A stretch of 63,990 nucleotides of DNA, counting the filler, from Basidioascus undulatus (Eukaryota), in NCBI GenBank assembly GCA_000826855.1. It is 3 parts of 3 records of this genome, joined end to end, with 100 filler letters (N's around TTAATTAATTAA, not from the genome) between each part and the next. Parts side by side here need not be neighbours in the genome. Positions count along the whole stretch, not along the records: positions 21,577 to 42,967 come from JTLS01000331.1; 2 more parts are not named here. One strand, given 5' to 3'. Below are positions 23,525 through 35,800 of the stretch, one piece after another. Within the stretch, counting starts at the first letter, position 1; every line of letters begins with the position of its first letter. A program made the position numbers and the translations under genes. Below the pieces are notes generated by a model. That model did not search any database. It was not told the DNA's origin and saw only the letters and a list, made by a program, of their open reading frames with translations.

Positions 23525-24604
23525 TTACTCGTCGTGAGAGCCGCCGTGGGCGAGGTGACCCGCCTTGGAGTTGTTGAAGGCGTTGGTCTTGTTACCCCAG
23601 GTGTAGCTGTACAGGAGCCGGGATCAGTTGTCTGTTTGTGAGGGATCAGGAAGGGTAGCGCGCACATGAAGTAGCCTGTTTCGATGGAGGGGAGGGGGAG
23701 GGCGAGACGAGACACAGTCAGTATCACGTGTCAAACATTACAAGTGCCTCATGATTCGTGACCGGTGAGTGAGAGCCATTGCCGTATGATTACCGCCTCC
23801 GACACGACACCTCCGCCCAAACCCAACGATCGAGCGTCCATGACCCGTTGCGGCCATCAGCCCGCTCAACCGCCTCATCGACCTTGACGTTGTTGCCCAC
23901 GTTGCAGCTCTGGATCAAGACTCACCGAGGCCGAAGGCAGGGAGGAAGTAGGGAACCTGGCGGATGATGCGGGAGTAGCCGTTGAAGATGTACCCCTTCA
24001 GCGCGCCAGCGAACGCCTTCTGCTGCATGTGGGACAGGCCTAGGTGGGTGAGAACACCGGGGTCAGCATAACCAGCCACATGGATACTGCTCGGTCTCGC
24101 TAGATACAGAGAGAGCAACGGCTGTGGAGATGCTGCAGAGTGTGGGTACCTGCGCCGGGGAACAGTCGCAGATCCCCAGACCATCGGTGCTCTGGTGACC
24201 AAGCGGGCCGCATACACCCTCCCGGCCCACTCTTAAATAATCTCCTGGAAAGCACCGCATGTGCAAGGGGTACCTCAAGACCACCGCAACAGGTAATCCC
24301 TCCCGCCCCTCACCCTTCCCCCCTTCTGACGTCCGCGAAGCAGCAAGACTCACTGTACTGGACGACACCCTTCTGCTTAGGACCACCCATGTCACCCCAC
24401 CAGCCGATCTGCACCCACCAACCCCGCCGCAATCAGTGTCTGGAGCCTTTTCGCGCTCCTCCCTCTGCTCGCGCCCAAGACGCACGTAGGCCTTGCCTGC
24501 CCACCCGAACCCGCGCGGTCAGCATAGGCCCCCCACACGGAGCTGACGCAGGGACGGCGCGCACCAGTGGGCATGCCGCTGAAGTTAGCGCTAGTAGCCT
24601 TCAT
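23525..24604 (-). CDS. QCR8: Cytochrome bc1 complex subunit 8 (6 exons)
   Basis: MKATSANFSGMPT/GKAY/IGWWGDMGGPKQKGVVQY/SLSHMQQKAFAGALKGYIFNGYSRIIRQVPYFLPAFGL/GYF/IYTWGNKTNAFNNSKAGHLAHGGSHDE*. Microexons at 24486-24496 and 23666-23675. Confidence 0.94.
23676..23925 (-). ncRNA. Structured 250-nt QCR8 intron (candidate cis-regulatory or intron-hosted RNA)
   Basis: Helices GCGGTTGAGCG/CGCTCGATCGT, AGGTGTC/GGCACTT, CGTG/CACG and ACGTG/CACGT on the pre-mRNA strand. Confidence 0.4.
24040..24353 (-). ncRNA. Structured 314-nt QCR8 intron (candidate cis-regulatory or intron-hosted RNA)
   Basis: Nested helices TGTTGCGG/CTGCAGCA, GGTACC/GGTACC, CGGTGCTTT/AGAGCACCG, GTGGGCCG/CGGCCCGC and GGGGA/TCCCC, plus a second hairpin CCACA..TTGCTC/GAGCAG..TGTGG. 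G-U pairs form on the transcribed strand. Confidence 0.5.
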
Positions 24605-25009
24605 GATTAGCGAGCGAGCGTGAGGAGGGAAGCGGTAGTGATGAGGGCGAGACGGCGAGCGCCTCGCGAGGGCTTCTCGCGCTGAATCGGGCGCAGCCAG
24701 TCGGCTTTGGCGGAATTTCGGCCGTCGCGTCGTCGCAGAAACCGCTTCGCCTCTTCACTTACTCCACTGGCGTTCCTTTGTAGACATTCATTGAAATATG
24801 CATATACAAGATTCCAGGAACGTTGTCTTGTCCCAAGTAAATGGTAAGCGAGACGGGAGGCGTGCGCTTTGTCGATCTTCCTCGGCCAAAGATGGGTTCG
24901 GAATGGAGTGTCATTACAGTGCGAATGCGACTATTGCGATTGCGGTTGTACAAGCGTGATACGGAAAGGAAAAGAGTCCAGCAGCAGCAAGTCGAACCAC
25001 CTCTCAGCT

Positions 25010-28000
25010 TCACCGTTTCCTTCCCACCTTCTTCGGCGCCGGCTCGAACTCGTCCGACCCGCTTGAGATGTCCATCACGTCCTGCGAACGCGTGGCTCCA
25101 GTTCAGCAAATGTCGAAGGCCTGGAGCCAGACAAGTAGGTGACTTACCGGCTCGTCGCGGTGCTTCTTGGGCGCCGTGGCACGTGTGCTCTTGCGCGCCG
25201 CCGGTTGCGAAGGAGCGAAGGTAAGCTGGCTCTGCCTGCTCAACGAGGCGGGTGCCTTCTTGGTGGTCGTCTTGGCGGGCGCCTTCTTCGTTGAGTTGGA
25301 ACTATCGACAGGTGCGATGAGAAAACGTTTAGATCCGAGAACTTTGAATTTAAACGCACACAAGCGCAGCGGCACGGCCTGTCTTCTTGGGCGGAGGCGG
25401 GGGCTCGTCCGACACCTCGTCGTCGTCCGAATCTAAGAACTGCCATAGGGACAGCTTTAGTGACGGCTCAGTTAGTAATGAGGTGCATGGACGCACCAGC
25501 TCCTCCTTCTTCTTCTTCCCACTGCCCGTAGCCGGCGCTTTGCCCTTCGCTGGCGCTGCCTTCTGGCCCTTGCCCTTGTCGGCCGAAACGACAGACTCGT
25601 CGTCGTCGAAGTCGTTTTCCTCCATCGAGTCGACGCTCCTGGATCATAACATTCTCAGCGAACGTACGCTGAAGGTCACCAAATCTATCCAGTACCTGTC
25701 CGACTCTGAACCCTTCGCGCGACTCTTGCCCTACAATCGCCAGCGGATGAGCACATGCGACGCAGCAGTCGACGGACGGAAACAGGCGCACCTTGCGTAT
25801 GCGGCCGCCGAGCTCCTCGTTCCACATCTGCACGCCCTGCTCCTTGGCCGCCGCAACCTGACAGAGCCGAGTCAGCGAAGCCGGAGCTGAAAAGATGCGC
25901 CGGCGTCACTCCCACCTTGTCGTCCAGGTCGTCTTCGTCCGCATCAGCGACGTTCTGCCTCTTGAGGTTCTTCGTGATCGATTCGAGCGACTCGGTCACG
26001 AAGCTGTACATCCCGTGCTCCGCGCGTCAGCTTTTTGCATCCAAATGCCCGGCTGACGCTGCGACAACCGTACTCGGTGATGGCGTGAATGTCTTCCTTG
26101 TCCACGAAAGCGAGGACCGCCTCTTCCAGCCCGTTCTCGACGAGGACCTCGAGTTTCTGCGCCTGAAGGTACTCCTGCACGAGCGTCTGGACGCGCACGC
26201 GCCTGAGTTTCTCGGACGGGAGCGAGTCGTCGATCTCGAAGTCGGGCAAGTCGGCGGTGACCTTGGTCTTGCCTGAGCGTCGAACAGTGATAATCAGCTC
26301 TGAGAGCGTAATACATCAGCAATCACAACGACGCACTGCGGTCAGGTGCCTTCTTCCTCTTGTAGAACTGGATGAGGTCTTTCGGGTTCGCGACGCGATC
26401 CGTGAACTCCTGGCCGAGGCGGAGAGGGTTGCCGGTGGGGAAGCCGGTATACTCGACCTGCGGTGGGACAGTGCTAAGCAACGAGCGGTGAATGTTGACT
26501 GATCGACATACTCTCAAGCGAACGAGCGGCAGCATCCGCTCTTTCGGGGCGTCTTCGTCCGAAAACTTGGCCTCCCACTCCGAATTCGCCCTCTCGATGA
26601 GCTCCTCGATCTAGTTGTTACGGGGAATTTTTCAGCGACGGCAGTGCAAGACGGAAAAGAGTGCAGCGCACCTTGGCGCGGAGATACTTGTTGACCTCGA
26701 CCTTGTCCTTGAACTCGTGCCCTTCCTCCTCCTGCACTATGGACAGGTTGACGTCGTCGTGCACGAACGGGCGAACCGTCTTGAGCGGGAGGGGCACCAT
26801 TTCGTAGGCGGTGCCCTGGACCTTGAGGAGGCCGACGTGTCTGCGAGCAATTGACCGTCAGCATGAACTACAAGGATGACGCAGTGAAGCCCCCGTACTT
26901 TTGAATGCTCTCGCCTTCGGACAAGCTCGTGGCGATGGAGCTTCCGGGCTGCGTGATGCGGTACTGCTTTTCGGGGACGGTCTCGGGCTGGATGCGGCAG
27001 TCGTGCTCGTGGCCCCAGACGACGAGGTGGACGCTGTCGTCGAACATGCCCTCGGGAACCGAGTTCTGCGGGCCGTGCGCGACGCTGCCGACAATTGCTC
27101 TCAGCCTCCTCGCATTGAGTTTGAACAACTACGTCGGGACGAACCGGTTCTGATGCACAAGCAGGATGTTGAACCAGTCGTCCTGGTCCTCGCTCGGGCG
27201 GTACATCCTGACCCTGTTCGCGCGGAGCTCGTAGTGCAAGCGCTGGTCCTTGATGTTCCCTACGCCGTATAGCGCGAGCTTCGTGTCGCCCTTCTGCAGA
27301 AGGACGGGCTTGATGCGGATGCCCATGTTCTCTGCATCCGGTCCCTCCTCGGTCGGCGCGATCTCGACCTTGCCAAAATAGTTGACGAGACCGGCGACCG
27401 ACAGGACGTCGAGAGCGGACAGGGCGCCTTCCTGGTTACAGGGTTTTGGGTCAGCACTGAGCGCTCCAAAAAGACGGCGTAGACGGACTGGGCCGGCACC
27501 CTGCGGGTCGTCATGGTTGCCGTGGATGGAGAAGACGGGTATGGAGACGTTGAAGTTTGGGTCCTCGTAGTTGACGGCGGGGAAGCTGCAAGACCTCGAT
27601 AAGCGTCCGCGCCTGGCATCAGGATGGCGAAACGTCTTACGTGAACCCCGGCGCCTTCCCCTCATCCGGGTCGCTGATGAGCTCGATAGACACGGGCTTG
27701 TCGCCGAGCGTGTACTCGCGCAAGAGCGCCATGACCTGGTGGAGCGTCCCGCGAGACGGCTTGTTCTCGTGGAAGAGGTCGCCCGCCATCAAGATGAAGT
27801 CGACCTGCGGAGGTCGTCTGCGGGTCAGCAGTTGCCGCGGAGGACTGTAGTTTCTCCCATGCTCCCAACCATCCAGTCCGCCTGCAATACAGTATTTCAA
27901 GGGAACCCTCACCTCGTGCTCCTTCGCCAGCTCCAGGATCTCCCTGAACGTGTTGATACTGTCCAGTCCACGGACAGGGTCGCGCTCGGCGTAACCGACA

Positions 28001-28260
28001 TGGCAGTCGGTGCAGAGCAGGATCTGTCACATGGCTATGAGTGGATGTTCGATTGACTAGTCCCATTGAATGTCACCTTTATCAGGTCGTGCCGGTCTGC
28101 AAGCCCTGTCAGCGGGATATCGCTTGTGCGGCGTACGGACGAAACGAACTGGTGTTGGGGATCGAGGGCGCCGGCGCCGAGGGAGACCTTGCACCCGCAC
28201 CATCAGCCTGCGCGCGATGATTACAACGTGAATGGATATAACTGACTGGTCTGGGTCCAT
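25010..28260 (-). CDS. MRE11: Double-strand break repair nuclease Mre11
   Basis: [120 protein letters not shown]; ends ...KKVGRKR*. Confidence 0.97.
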
Positions 28261-28722
28261 CTCGGGTAGAGGAACTTGCCGATGAATGAAGCGAGGCTAG
28301 GAGAACACGACGAGGCGCGGAGGCAAAGAGGCGACGCGTCGGCAGCGCGTCGGAATCCACCTCGGCAGGGCACTGGCTTTGGTTGGCATAGACGACAAAC
28401 AACTGTACAACGCAGATGACAGAGTTAGGCTTCTCGAGTCTTTACGACCTGACAGTCATTTTCAAATCAGTTGCAAGTTTGTTCATTTCCAAGACGCGCT
28501 TGGCCGTCAAGCCAAGCTGATCATGAAAGGCGTTTGAGAAAATTTAGCGATGTAGTTGCACAACCAGCGTAACAGAAACACGAAGCCTTAAGGTAAATGA
28601 CAAGGAAACGAGAGGAGGAGTCTAGAGAGTAGAATAACCAGGCATGCACCGAATGCAAGTGTCCGTGTGCCATCCCCGCACCATGCCACGCCATGCTACT
28701 TCCCGCAACAGCACCGACAGGC

Positions 28723-31274
28723 TTACTCCCGGGAGACGTCGCGCCCGAAGATCGCAACCTTGAGCCAGTCGGTGACGACTACGTGGGGTAGGATGGGGTG
28801 AGCATATGCATGAACAGTCGCGCAGGAGTTGACATACCGAGGGTGCGGTTACGGAGGGAGAAGAGGGTGGAGAGGTACGCAGAGCGCCAGAAGAGGTACT
28901 GTAGGCAGAGAATGTCAGACCTTTGCAATAGTAACAAGAGGATGTAATGTCTGCGCACAGTGGCTTGGCTGTAGACGGGAACGGGCAGCGAACGAACATC
29001 AGCAAGCTGCCGGCAATTTCTGGATAGTTGCAGAGACTTACCCTCCGCTCGCGAAGTTGCCGTTCCAGAACGGCAGGTCGGCGATGGCGCGCTCAGAGCC
29101 TGTGTTGGCAACAAGTCAGTACGGCAACAACACAACCATGCGTATGCGACTGGACGTACCGATGTAGGCCAGCGAACCCTGGTGCGAGTAGTGGAACTTG
29201 CGAATGCGAGCCGCGCGGTTGAGCGCCTTGACGGTCTTCTCGATCTCGTCCGGCTGGGCGTTAGCGTCTGTGCGCTTGGCGAGGAGCTCTGCCTCGAGGC
29301 GGTCGCGCTTGGCGATCTGCTGGAAGGTGCGCGCGAGGTAAATGCCCTGCTGGGACGCGACCTGCGCCGTGGGCGCGTACTCGGTCGCCGTGCAGTCGCC
29401 GACGGCGTACACGTCCTTCGCGCCCAGGACCGCGAGGTGCTCGTCGACCGCGAGGCCGCGGCGCTGCTTCTGCGCCTCAGGGAGCTGCGCCATCAGGTCG
29501 CGCGTGAGCTTGCGCGCGGTGTTGCCGGTAGCCTGAGGAAACGGAAGAACGGTTCTATCAGTCCAGTCCAGGAGGGGAGGGAACGCTCTCCACGCACCCA
29601 GACGAGGAGACCGTAAGGAATGTCGCGCATCTGCTTGTCGGCGTCCTGGACAGTGATTGACTTCTCGCCGACGCCCTTGACCATCGTGCGGGTGAGGACG
29701 TCGATCTGGTTCTCCTTGAACGTCGACTCGGTGTACTGGATGAGCTGCTTGGAGAACATGGGCAGCACGTTCGGCAGGGCCTCAACGAGCGTGATCTTCA
29801 GGCGGTTGGCGATCTCTGGAGGCCGGAGCGCGAAGGTCAGCTTCACCAGGAGATCGCTCGGTGCACTTGAAGCAGGACGAACCGGGGTACCATGCCTGGA
29901 GGTCGGCGTCGAGGAAGTCGTGCAGCTCGCCGGCGTACTCGACACCGGTGGGACCGCCACCGACGACCACCATGTGGAGGAGACGGTCGATCTCCTCCTG
30001 CGCCTGGCCCTTCAGAGCCGCCGTCTCGATGCCTACCATCCCATGCCTGGGCATCAGCGCTCCTCAGGAGCTTGCCCATATCGCAACGTTTGACACGCAC
30101 AGTCCATCAAGCGCGTGCGAATCTTGCTCGCGTCCCACGCCTCCTTGAGGAAGCACGCGTGCTCGCTAACACCGGGGATGCCGAACGTCGCGTTCTCGGC
30201 GCCAACGGCGTAGACGAGGTAATCGTACGGCTGCGTGACCTCCGCGACCGCACCCTTGATCTCCGAGTTGTCTGCGTCGCGTTGTGGGTTAACATGCGTC
30301 AAGACAAGCTGTGCATTTGACTAACTCACCAACGAAGGTGACCGTCTTGTTGGCGACGTCAACAGACTTCGCCTCCGCCTCATAAACCTGATCATGCGCC
30401 GAAATAAGCTATCGTGCTCGGTACAAATAGCCAGACTCTGCGAAGCGCACCTTGACCTCACGCTCCTTGTGCCGAGTCAGGAAGCGAGTCGGCTGGATGA
30501 TGCTCCGGACGTCCAGGGTGCCAACAGTACTGTAGCGTAAGTCAGGGGATAAGTGCGCGTCCACTCAAAACAAGCGTTGTACGAAGACTGACACAGAGGG
30601 AAGGAGGGGAGAGAAGAGGAAGTAGTTGCGGGGGCTGACGACGACCTGTCCACCACGAGTCTCGTGAGAAGCGGTACCTTCGCAGCGCAGTCTAGGAAGG
30701 AGTCAAGCACGCACGACGTTGTAATCAGAGGTGTCAATCGTCTTGAGGAAGCTGGTCGCGCCCCATCCCGAGCCGAGGACGACGATCGTCTTCTTGGACG
30801 GGTCGTGCGGGAGCTGGGGACCAGGGTGACGCTGCTCGTAGGTGTCTGGTATCGCTCAGTATTAGCCAAATATTCACCAAGCGGTATGCGACGGAACACT
30901 CACACCACCCAAAGACACCAGCCGCCGTCAGGATCGACACGAGCGTGACACGCCCAAAGGTCTGCACGCCGCGGCGCCATTTCCCAGGGCGCGAGGGCTG
31001 CCGCGATGACTTCACGTCAACTCTCACGGCCACGATAAGGACGCAACCAGCTGCACGCTACGAACGTTGGTGATGTCCTCAGGCTGGGGAGCCTGGCTCG
31101 CCCAGCGCCTAGTCGCCGGCACGAGTGCCTTGGGCTGCGCGGTCGAACGGAGCGCGGCGCGCGCAGCGGACGCCTGAGCGGTCGCGCGGAAGACTGAGGT
31201 CCGCACCAGAGCATCAGCAAGTGGGAAAACAGCAGAACAGAAAGGGCACTGGGCCTACCACGTGAAAGAGTCAT
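28723..31274 (-). CDS. NDE1: Mitochondrial external (type II) NADH dehydrogenase
   Basis: Presequence [129 protein letters not shown]. Confidence 0.95.
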
Positions 31275-32873
31275 GACAGCGGGCGGTGCGATAAAGGGCA
31301 GCTGGAAAGCGAGCTGAGTCGACGAGATGAAGAAGACGCAAGGACGAGCCTCGCGAGGCTGAGATTTCGGACGCCGGCGTCCGACGAACTAGCCTGATCA
31401 ATCGATCATCTTCTCCGCGGACCTGTTTGACTCCGGACCAAACAGCCACACTTTTTTGGATCAAATTCATCTGTATTTCCTCAGTATTTGAGGCAGAACG
31501 GCCGGTCTACGGGGCCTCACAGCGAAACAGGCGGGCGCACTGAGCTCTTCGCCGCTCAAGTGCCTCGCCGGTTCACTTTGACAGACCTTGCCGGCGGTTC
31601 GTGTGCGCATGTGTCCAAGCCTGAGGCGTTGCTCAGGCACAACTAAAGAGTAGGCACAACGGGTCGGGCCGGAACACCGGAGCTGTCAAGGTGTTGCACG
31701 ACAGCTGCGAGCATGCGTGCAGCCAGTTTGTGCAGCCCATTTCTTTCCGACTCTTGCTCGTCTGCATGAACCTTGAGGGCGCGAACTGGCGAGAGGTCGT
31801 CGTCGACAACGGCATCGGAAGCGGCCTCCTGGAGCACCCGAATGCGAGTGCCCGTGAAAGCATGACTGTGCTGTACAGCTTACGGAGCCTGCCGGAGCGC
31901 TGCCTTCGGTCTTTGTTCATGCGGAACACGAGATATTTCGCACGAAGCAAGCGGCAGACATACTTCGTACGGACGTCCTACTGGCCAAGCCGGTCTCCTT
32001 TCCGGGGCGTTCCGCAGCGAGGCTCCATCAGCGAGGCTCCATCGGCCGTCTGCGCTTTCTGCTCAGAAGATGGCTACGTTATTTGGGCTGAGTGCATAAT
32101 TGTTTGTGGGCAGAAAAACACCAAACAGGGGAACTTTGTGTAATGAACAAGTCGCTCATGATTACTTCAATGTCGGAGAACCGCTGTGTGTGCACACTGG
32201 TGGGACGAACCGACAGATGGCCTTGACTGGCCTGGCGCGGCATTGCCTTGCGGAGGCTCTTGACGTTTCTGTCCGATAGGCCTCAACAAATTGATGACTA
32301 CTTTTCATATGCATGTGGAAAGGGCACATTCCTGATAGGACAGGACGCTGGCGTGCTGCGGGCGTGCAGCGCCAGCTCGGAACAGCCCGGCTGTCGCCAG
32401 CTCGCTGATGGTTGCCACACCGCATGGGAATCTACTTGGCCATTGGCTGCTCATTTGGAGCGAAAGAATTGATACAAGTAACTATTTCGATCCCAGTGCA
32501 GGCGGTCAAGAATCCGTCCAGCTGTGTAGCTGGGGCGTACAAACAGACTTGTCAACACGAAGGCTTTTTTCTCTCCCATATTCTTTGGGTTCAGGCGCCT
32601 TTGATCGATACAGCACTTCAAACATTCGCGAGTCGCAGAGCTGTCAGACTATTTGTCTAAACTCAGACAGCACAGTTCCGCGAAAATCAATTAATTGACG
32701 GCTCGCGCGCTTTCATTTGACGCCTGCTCATCGACGCGTCTCGACTTCCAACTTCGACTCGCGACCACCCCGCGACCACCTTCCCGCCTCAATCTTAACT
32801 TTGTATACCTACCTTTCGATCCTTACTTCCGCACACCGCACTTGAACGCCGCTGCTGCATCACGCGCACTGCC

Positions 32874-35800
32874 ATGGTGGACGACGATGGGTCGGTCAGC
32901 GCGCCCGAGTACACGCGGCGCGAGATCTACCATGAGCCGATCGTGAACCTCGTCGCGGCGTTGGGAGGAATGGAAGTGGACGAAGGCCCGGACGGACAAC
33001 CGCTGGAGGTGTACAAGTTGGGTGACGAGTGTCTCGGTATGTCTGTCTTCCTGATTAGGAGGCGACGCGGAGAGCGAGGGCGGCAGCGACTCACCCGGCG
33101 GCGGAACAGGTTGTTTGAAGGACCTCAAGAAGTTCTGGCGCAAGGACGACACGGACGAGTCGCGCACCGTAGCCCGAATCCTCTACGAGACGAACGTGCT
33201 CCATAACGACCTCATCCCCATCCTCAAGATCACCGCTGGCCGCGGCGAGGTCGGCGACCGTATCGCTCTTGCAGCTGGTGCGTGTCCTACAACTCCCCAA
33301 CCTCAGCGCGTGATCTGATGATATCCTCCCGCTTTCCCCCCACGCGTAGCCGACCTCATGGGGAGCTTTACCTGGCCGATCTCGCTCTCCGAGGAGCTGC
33401 AGGAGCTGGCGGAGGCTGAGGAGAAGCCCGACACGCTGCCGGAGCTCACGACGCTCATTCAGGCGCAGTACGAGTACAAGCAGGCCATCCTCCACGCGGG
33501 TGCAATCGACACGCTCTTCACCCATCTGCTCCTCCCGCGTCTCTACAAGACACGAATGTGCGTTTTGTTCGGCGGCTGGGTGGATGTGAGGATGCGGAGC
33601 TGATCGGTTGGCGGGTCTTGACGATGCAGGGAACGCTCGGAGCGGGACAACCAGGTCATCATACTCATCATGCATATCTTCCGTAACCTCGCGGCGGTCA
33701 AAGAGCCTGTCGACCGGCCTGGACTGCAGGTGCGTTCCAGACCATGCCTATCTTGCACCCCGATCGAGGCTCACATTCCGGGCGTGTGTGAGAAGTCGGA
33801 CCTCATCATCCAGTTCGAGGCGTACAACGTCTTCGACACCCTCGCGACGATCGCATCCTCGTCCGACAAAGTCGAGTTCAACCATCTCAACGTCCTCGCG
33901 CTCGAGATATTCCATCTCCTCTATCGCGGCGTCGTTCCGGAGGACCTACTGAAGGAGCCAGGCAAAGTACGTCCTGGTAGATATCACATGCTTGGGTCAT
34001 AGAGCTGATGTGCTGACGTTTGAAACAGGCTCCATCGGACAATCTCTCGAAGCTGCTGGCGATGGAGGAGAATCAGAAGCGTGCGGAGGCGCGCAAAGGC
34101 GTCTCGCGGCATAGTCGCTTTGGTACGACTATCAGTGTCGTCGCGGTATGTCTTGGGCTGCCGTCATCTGCGATGCTCCAAGTGTTCTGACACTTTGCAC
34201 ACTGGCTCAAGGGCCAAGACCGCTATGTTATCACGAAGCAGCGCGGAATCTCCGCCTCGACGGACAAGACGATGGACCTCATCAAGAAGAAGAAGTGGAC
34301 GAAGCCCAAGAACCAGGTACGACTCACCGACCTTGCAGCTGGGGTCCCCGCGCATTGACGCCACAACGCACCCAAAGGACGAGACTGTCTCGGTGGTGCT
34401 TTCACCTCCGGCCATCACTGCCCTCCGCGAGCTCGCCAACGTCTTCCTCAGCTCCTGCTTCAACAGTGCGCTCCCCCTTCGCTCCCCTCCCACCTCTCAT
34501 ACCTCGCCGCTGACTCCCCGCCTCGCGCCCTCCTCCATTCAGCGTTCTTCGCCACGCTCCTCAAGGACATCCGAATGGAGCGCGCGAAAGTGCGCGAGTC
34601 GGACAAGGCGCGCTTCCTCCACCTCTGCGGCTTCTTCCTTCGCTACTTCCTCGCGTGCGTCAAGTGGGACCGCGAGCACGGCGTCGACCGCAAGAGCGAC
34701 GCGGGGCGCGACTTTGACCTCATCGCCGAGATGGTCGAGACGGGGAGCGTCGGGTTCGTGACGGCGCGCATGAAGATTACGATCGACGACAAGGTTAGTC
34801 TTTTCAATCAAGTCTTGCACCGGACCCGCAAGGCGCTCGACTGACACAATCTGCTGTCGCCAGCCTCCGTCGTGGAAGGAGCTGCACGCCGGCATTGACT
34901 GTTTCACCCAAATCGTGCGACCCTGCTCAACTTTCTGCTCTGTTGGCGTACGCTGGGACGGGATCTGATGCTACTGTCGTTGTTGTTTTCAGCTGCTCGT
35001 CGTCGACGCCATGGCCGTAACAGGCGAGGAGGAATATGTCGAGGCTGCTGAGATCCTCCAGGACCAGATCTACTACAACGGCGACGTGCTCGACCTCGTC
35101 GTGCAGGTCGTGAGCAAGTACAAGGAGCAGAGCATCAAGTCCGTTCCTGTTCTCTTTGCAGTCCCCCTGAAGCTGTGAACCGCGAATGCTGATGAACGTT
35201 GGGCTAGATACCTCGACTCGGTCATTCACCTCGCCTATGTCATCCTCCGCATGCTCGAGAAGTACAGCAAGACGAAGGCCTTCATGTTCATCCGCAAGCG
35301 GCGGGCGAAGCGGAACAAGAGGAAGAATGGTGCGTCGACTTATCCCCAGCCTCAAAATCGCGCTTGTTCGCTGACGCATACTCGGGCTCCCTGTCCTCGC
35401 TTACAGACCAGTCGGACAAGGCGACGCAGGACGTGGAAAACCTCATCCCGGACGCCGAGGACGAGGACGACGCTGGGGCGGACCGCGAGGCGCCGAGCTT
35501 CGCCGAGCACAAGTTTACGTTCGCGTCTTTCGAAGGGGTCAGTCCAGCCGCTTCGCCATATGTTGTTGTTACTTCCCGAGCGCTCACACTTTCCGATTCA
35601 CAGCGGTTCGCCAACGAGAACGTCGTGCAGACGTGCTTGCAGTACCTCCAGCGCCATCAAGAGTTCGAGGAGCCCGAGCAGCTCAAGCGTGTCGTCGGGC
35701 TCCTGCACCGCGCTGCTGTCAAGGCGCAGGCGGAGGGCTTGTTCTTCAAAGTGTGTTTTCCCGAGAATATTTGTCGTTCCGACCTTGGTCATGTTCGGCT

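Noticed and set aside
24248..24260. GAAAGCACCGCAT resembles part of fungal 5S rRNA
   Set aside because: Only 13 nt. The flanks do not follow 5S and the segment lies inside an intronic helix.
31600..32150. Protein-like stretch GANWREVVVDNGIGSGLLEHPN between NDE1 and TOF1
   Set aside because: It may be another gene remnant, but I could not build a consistent exon model or assign a family.
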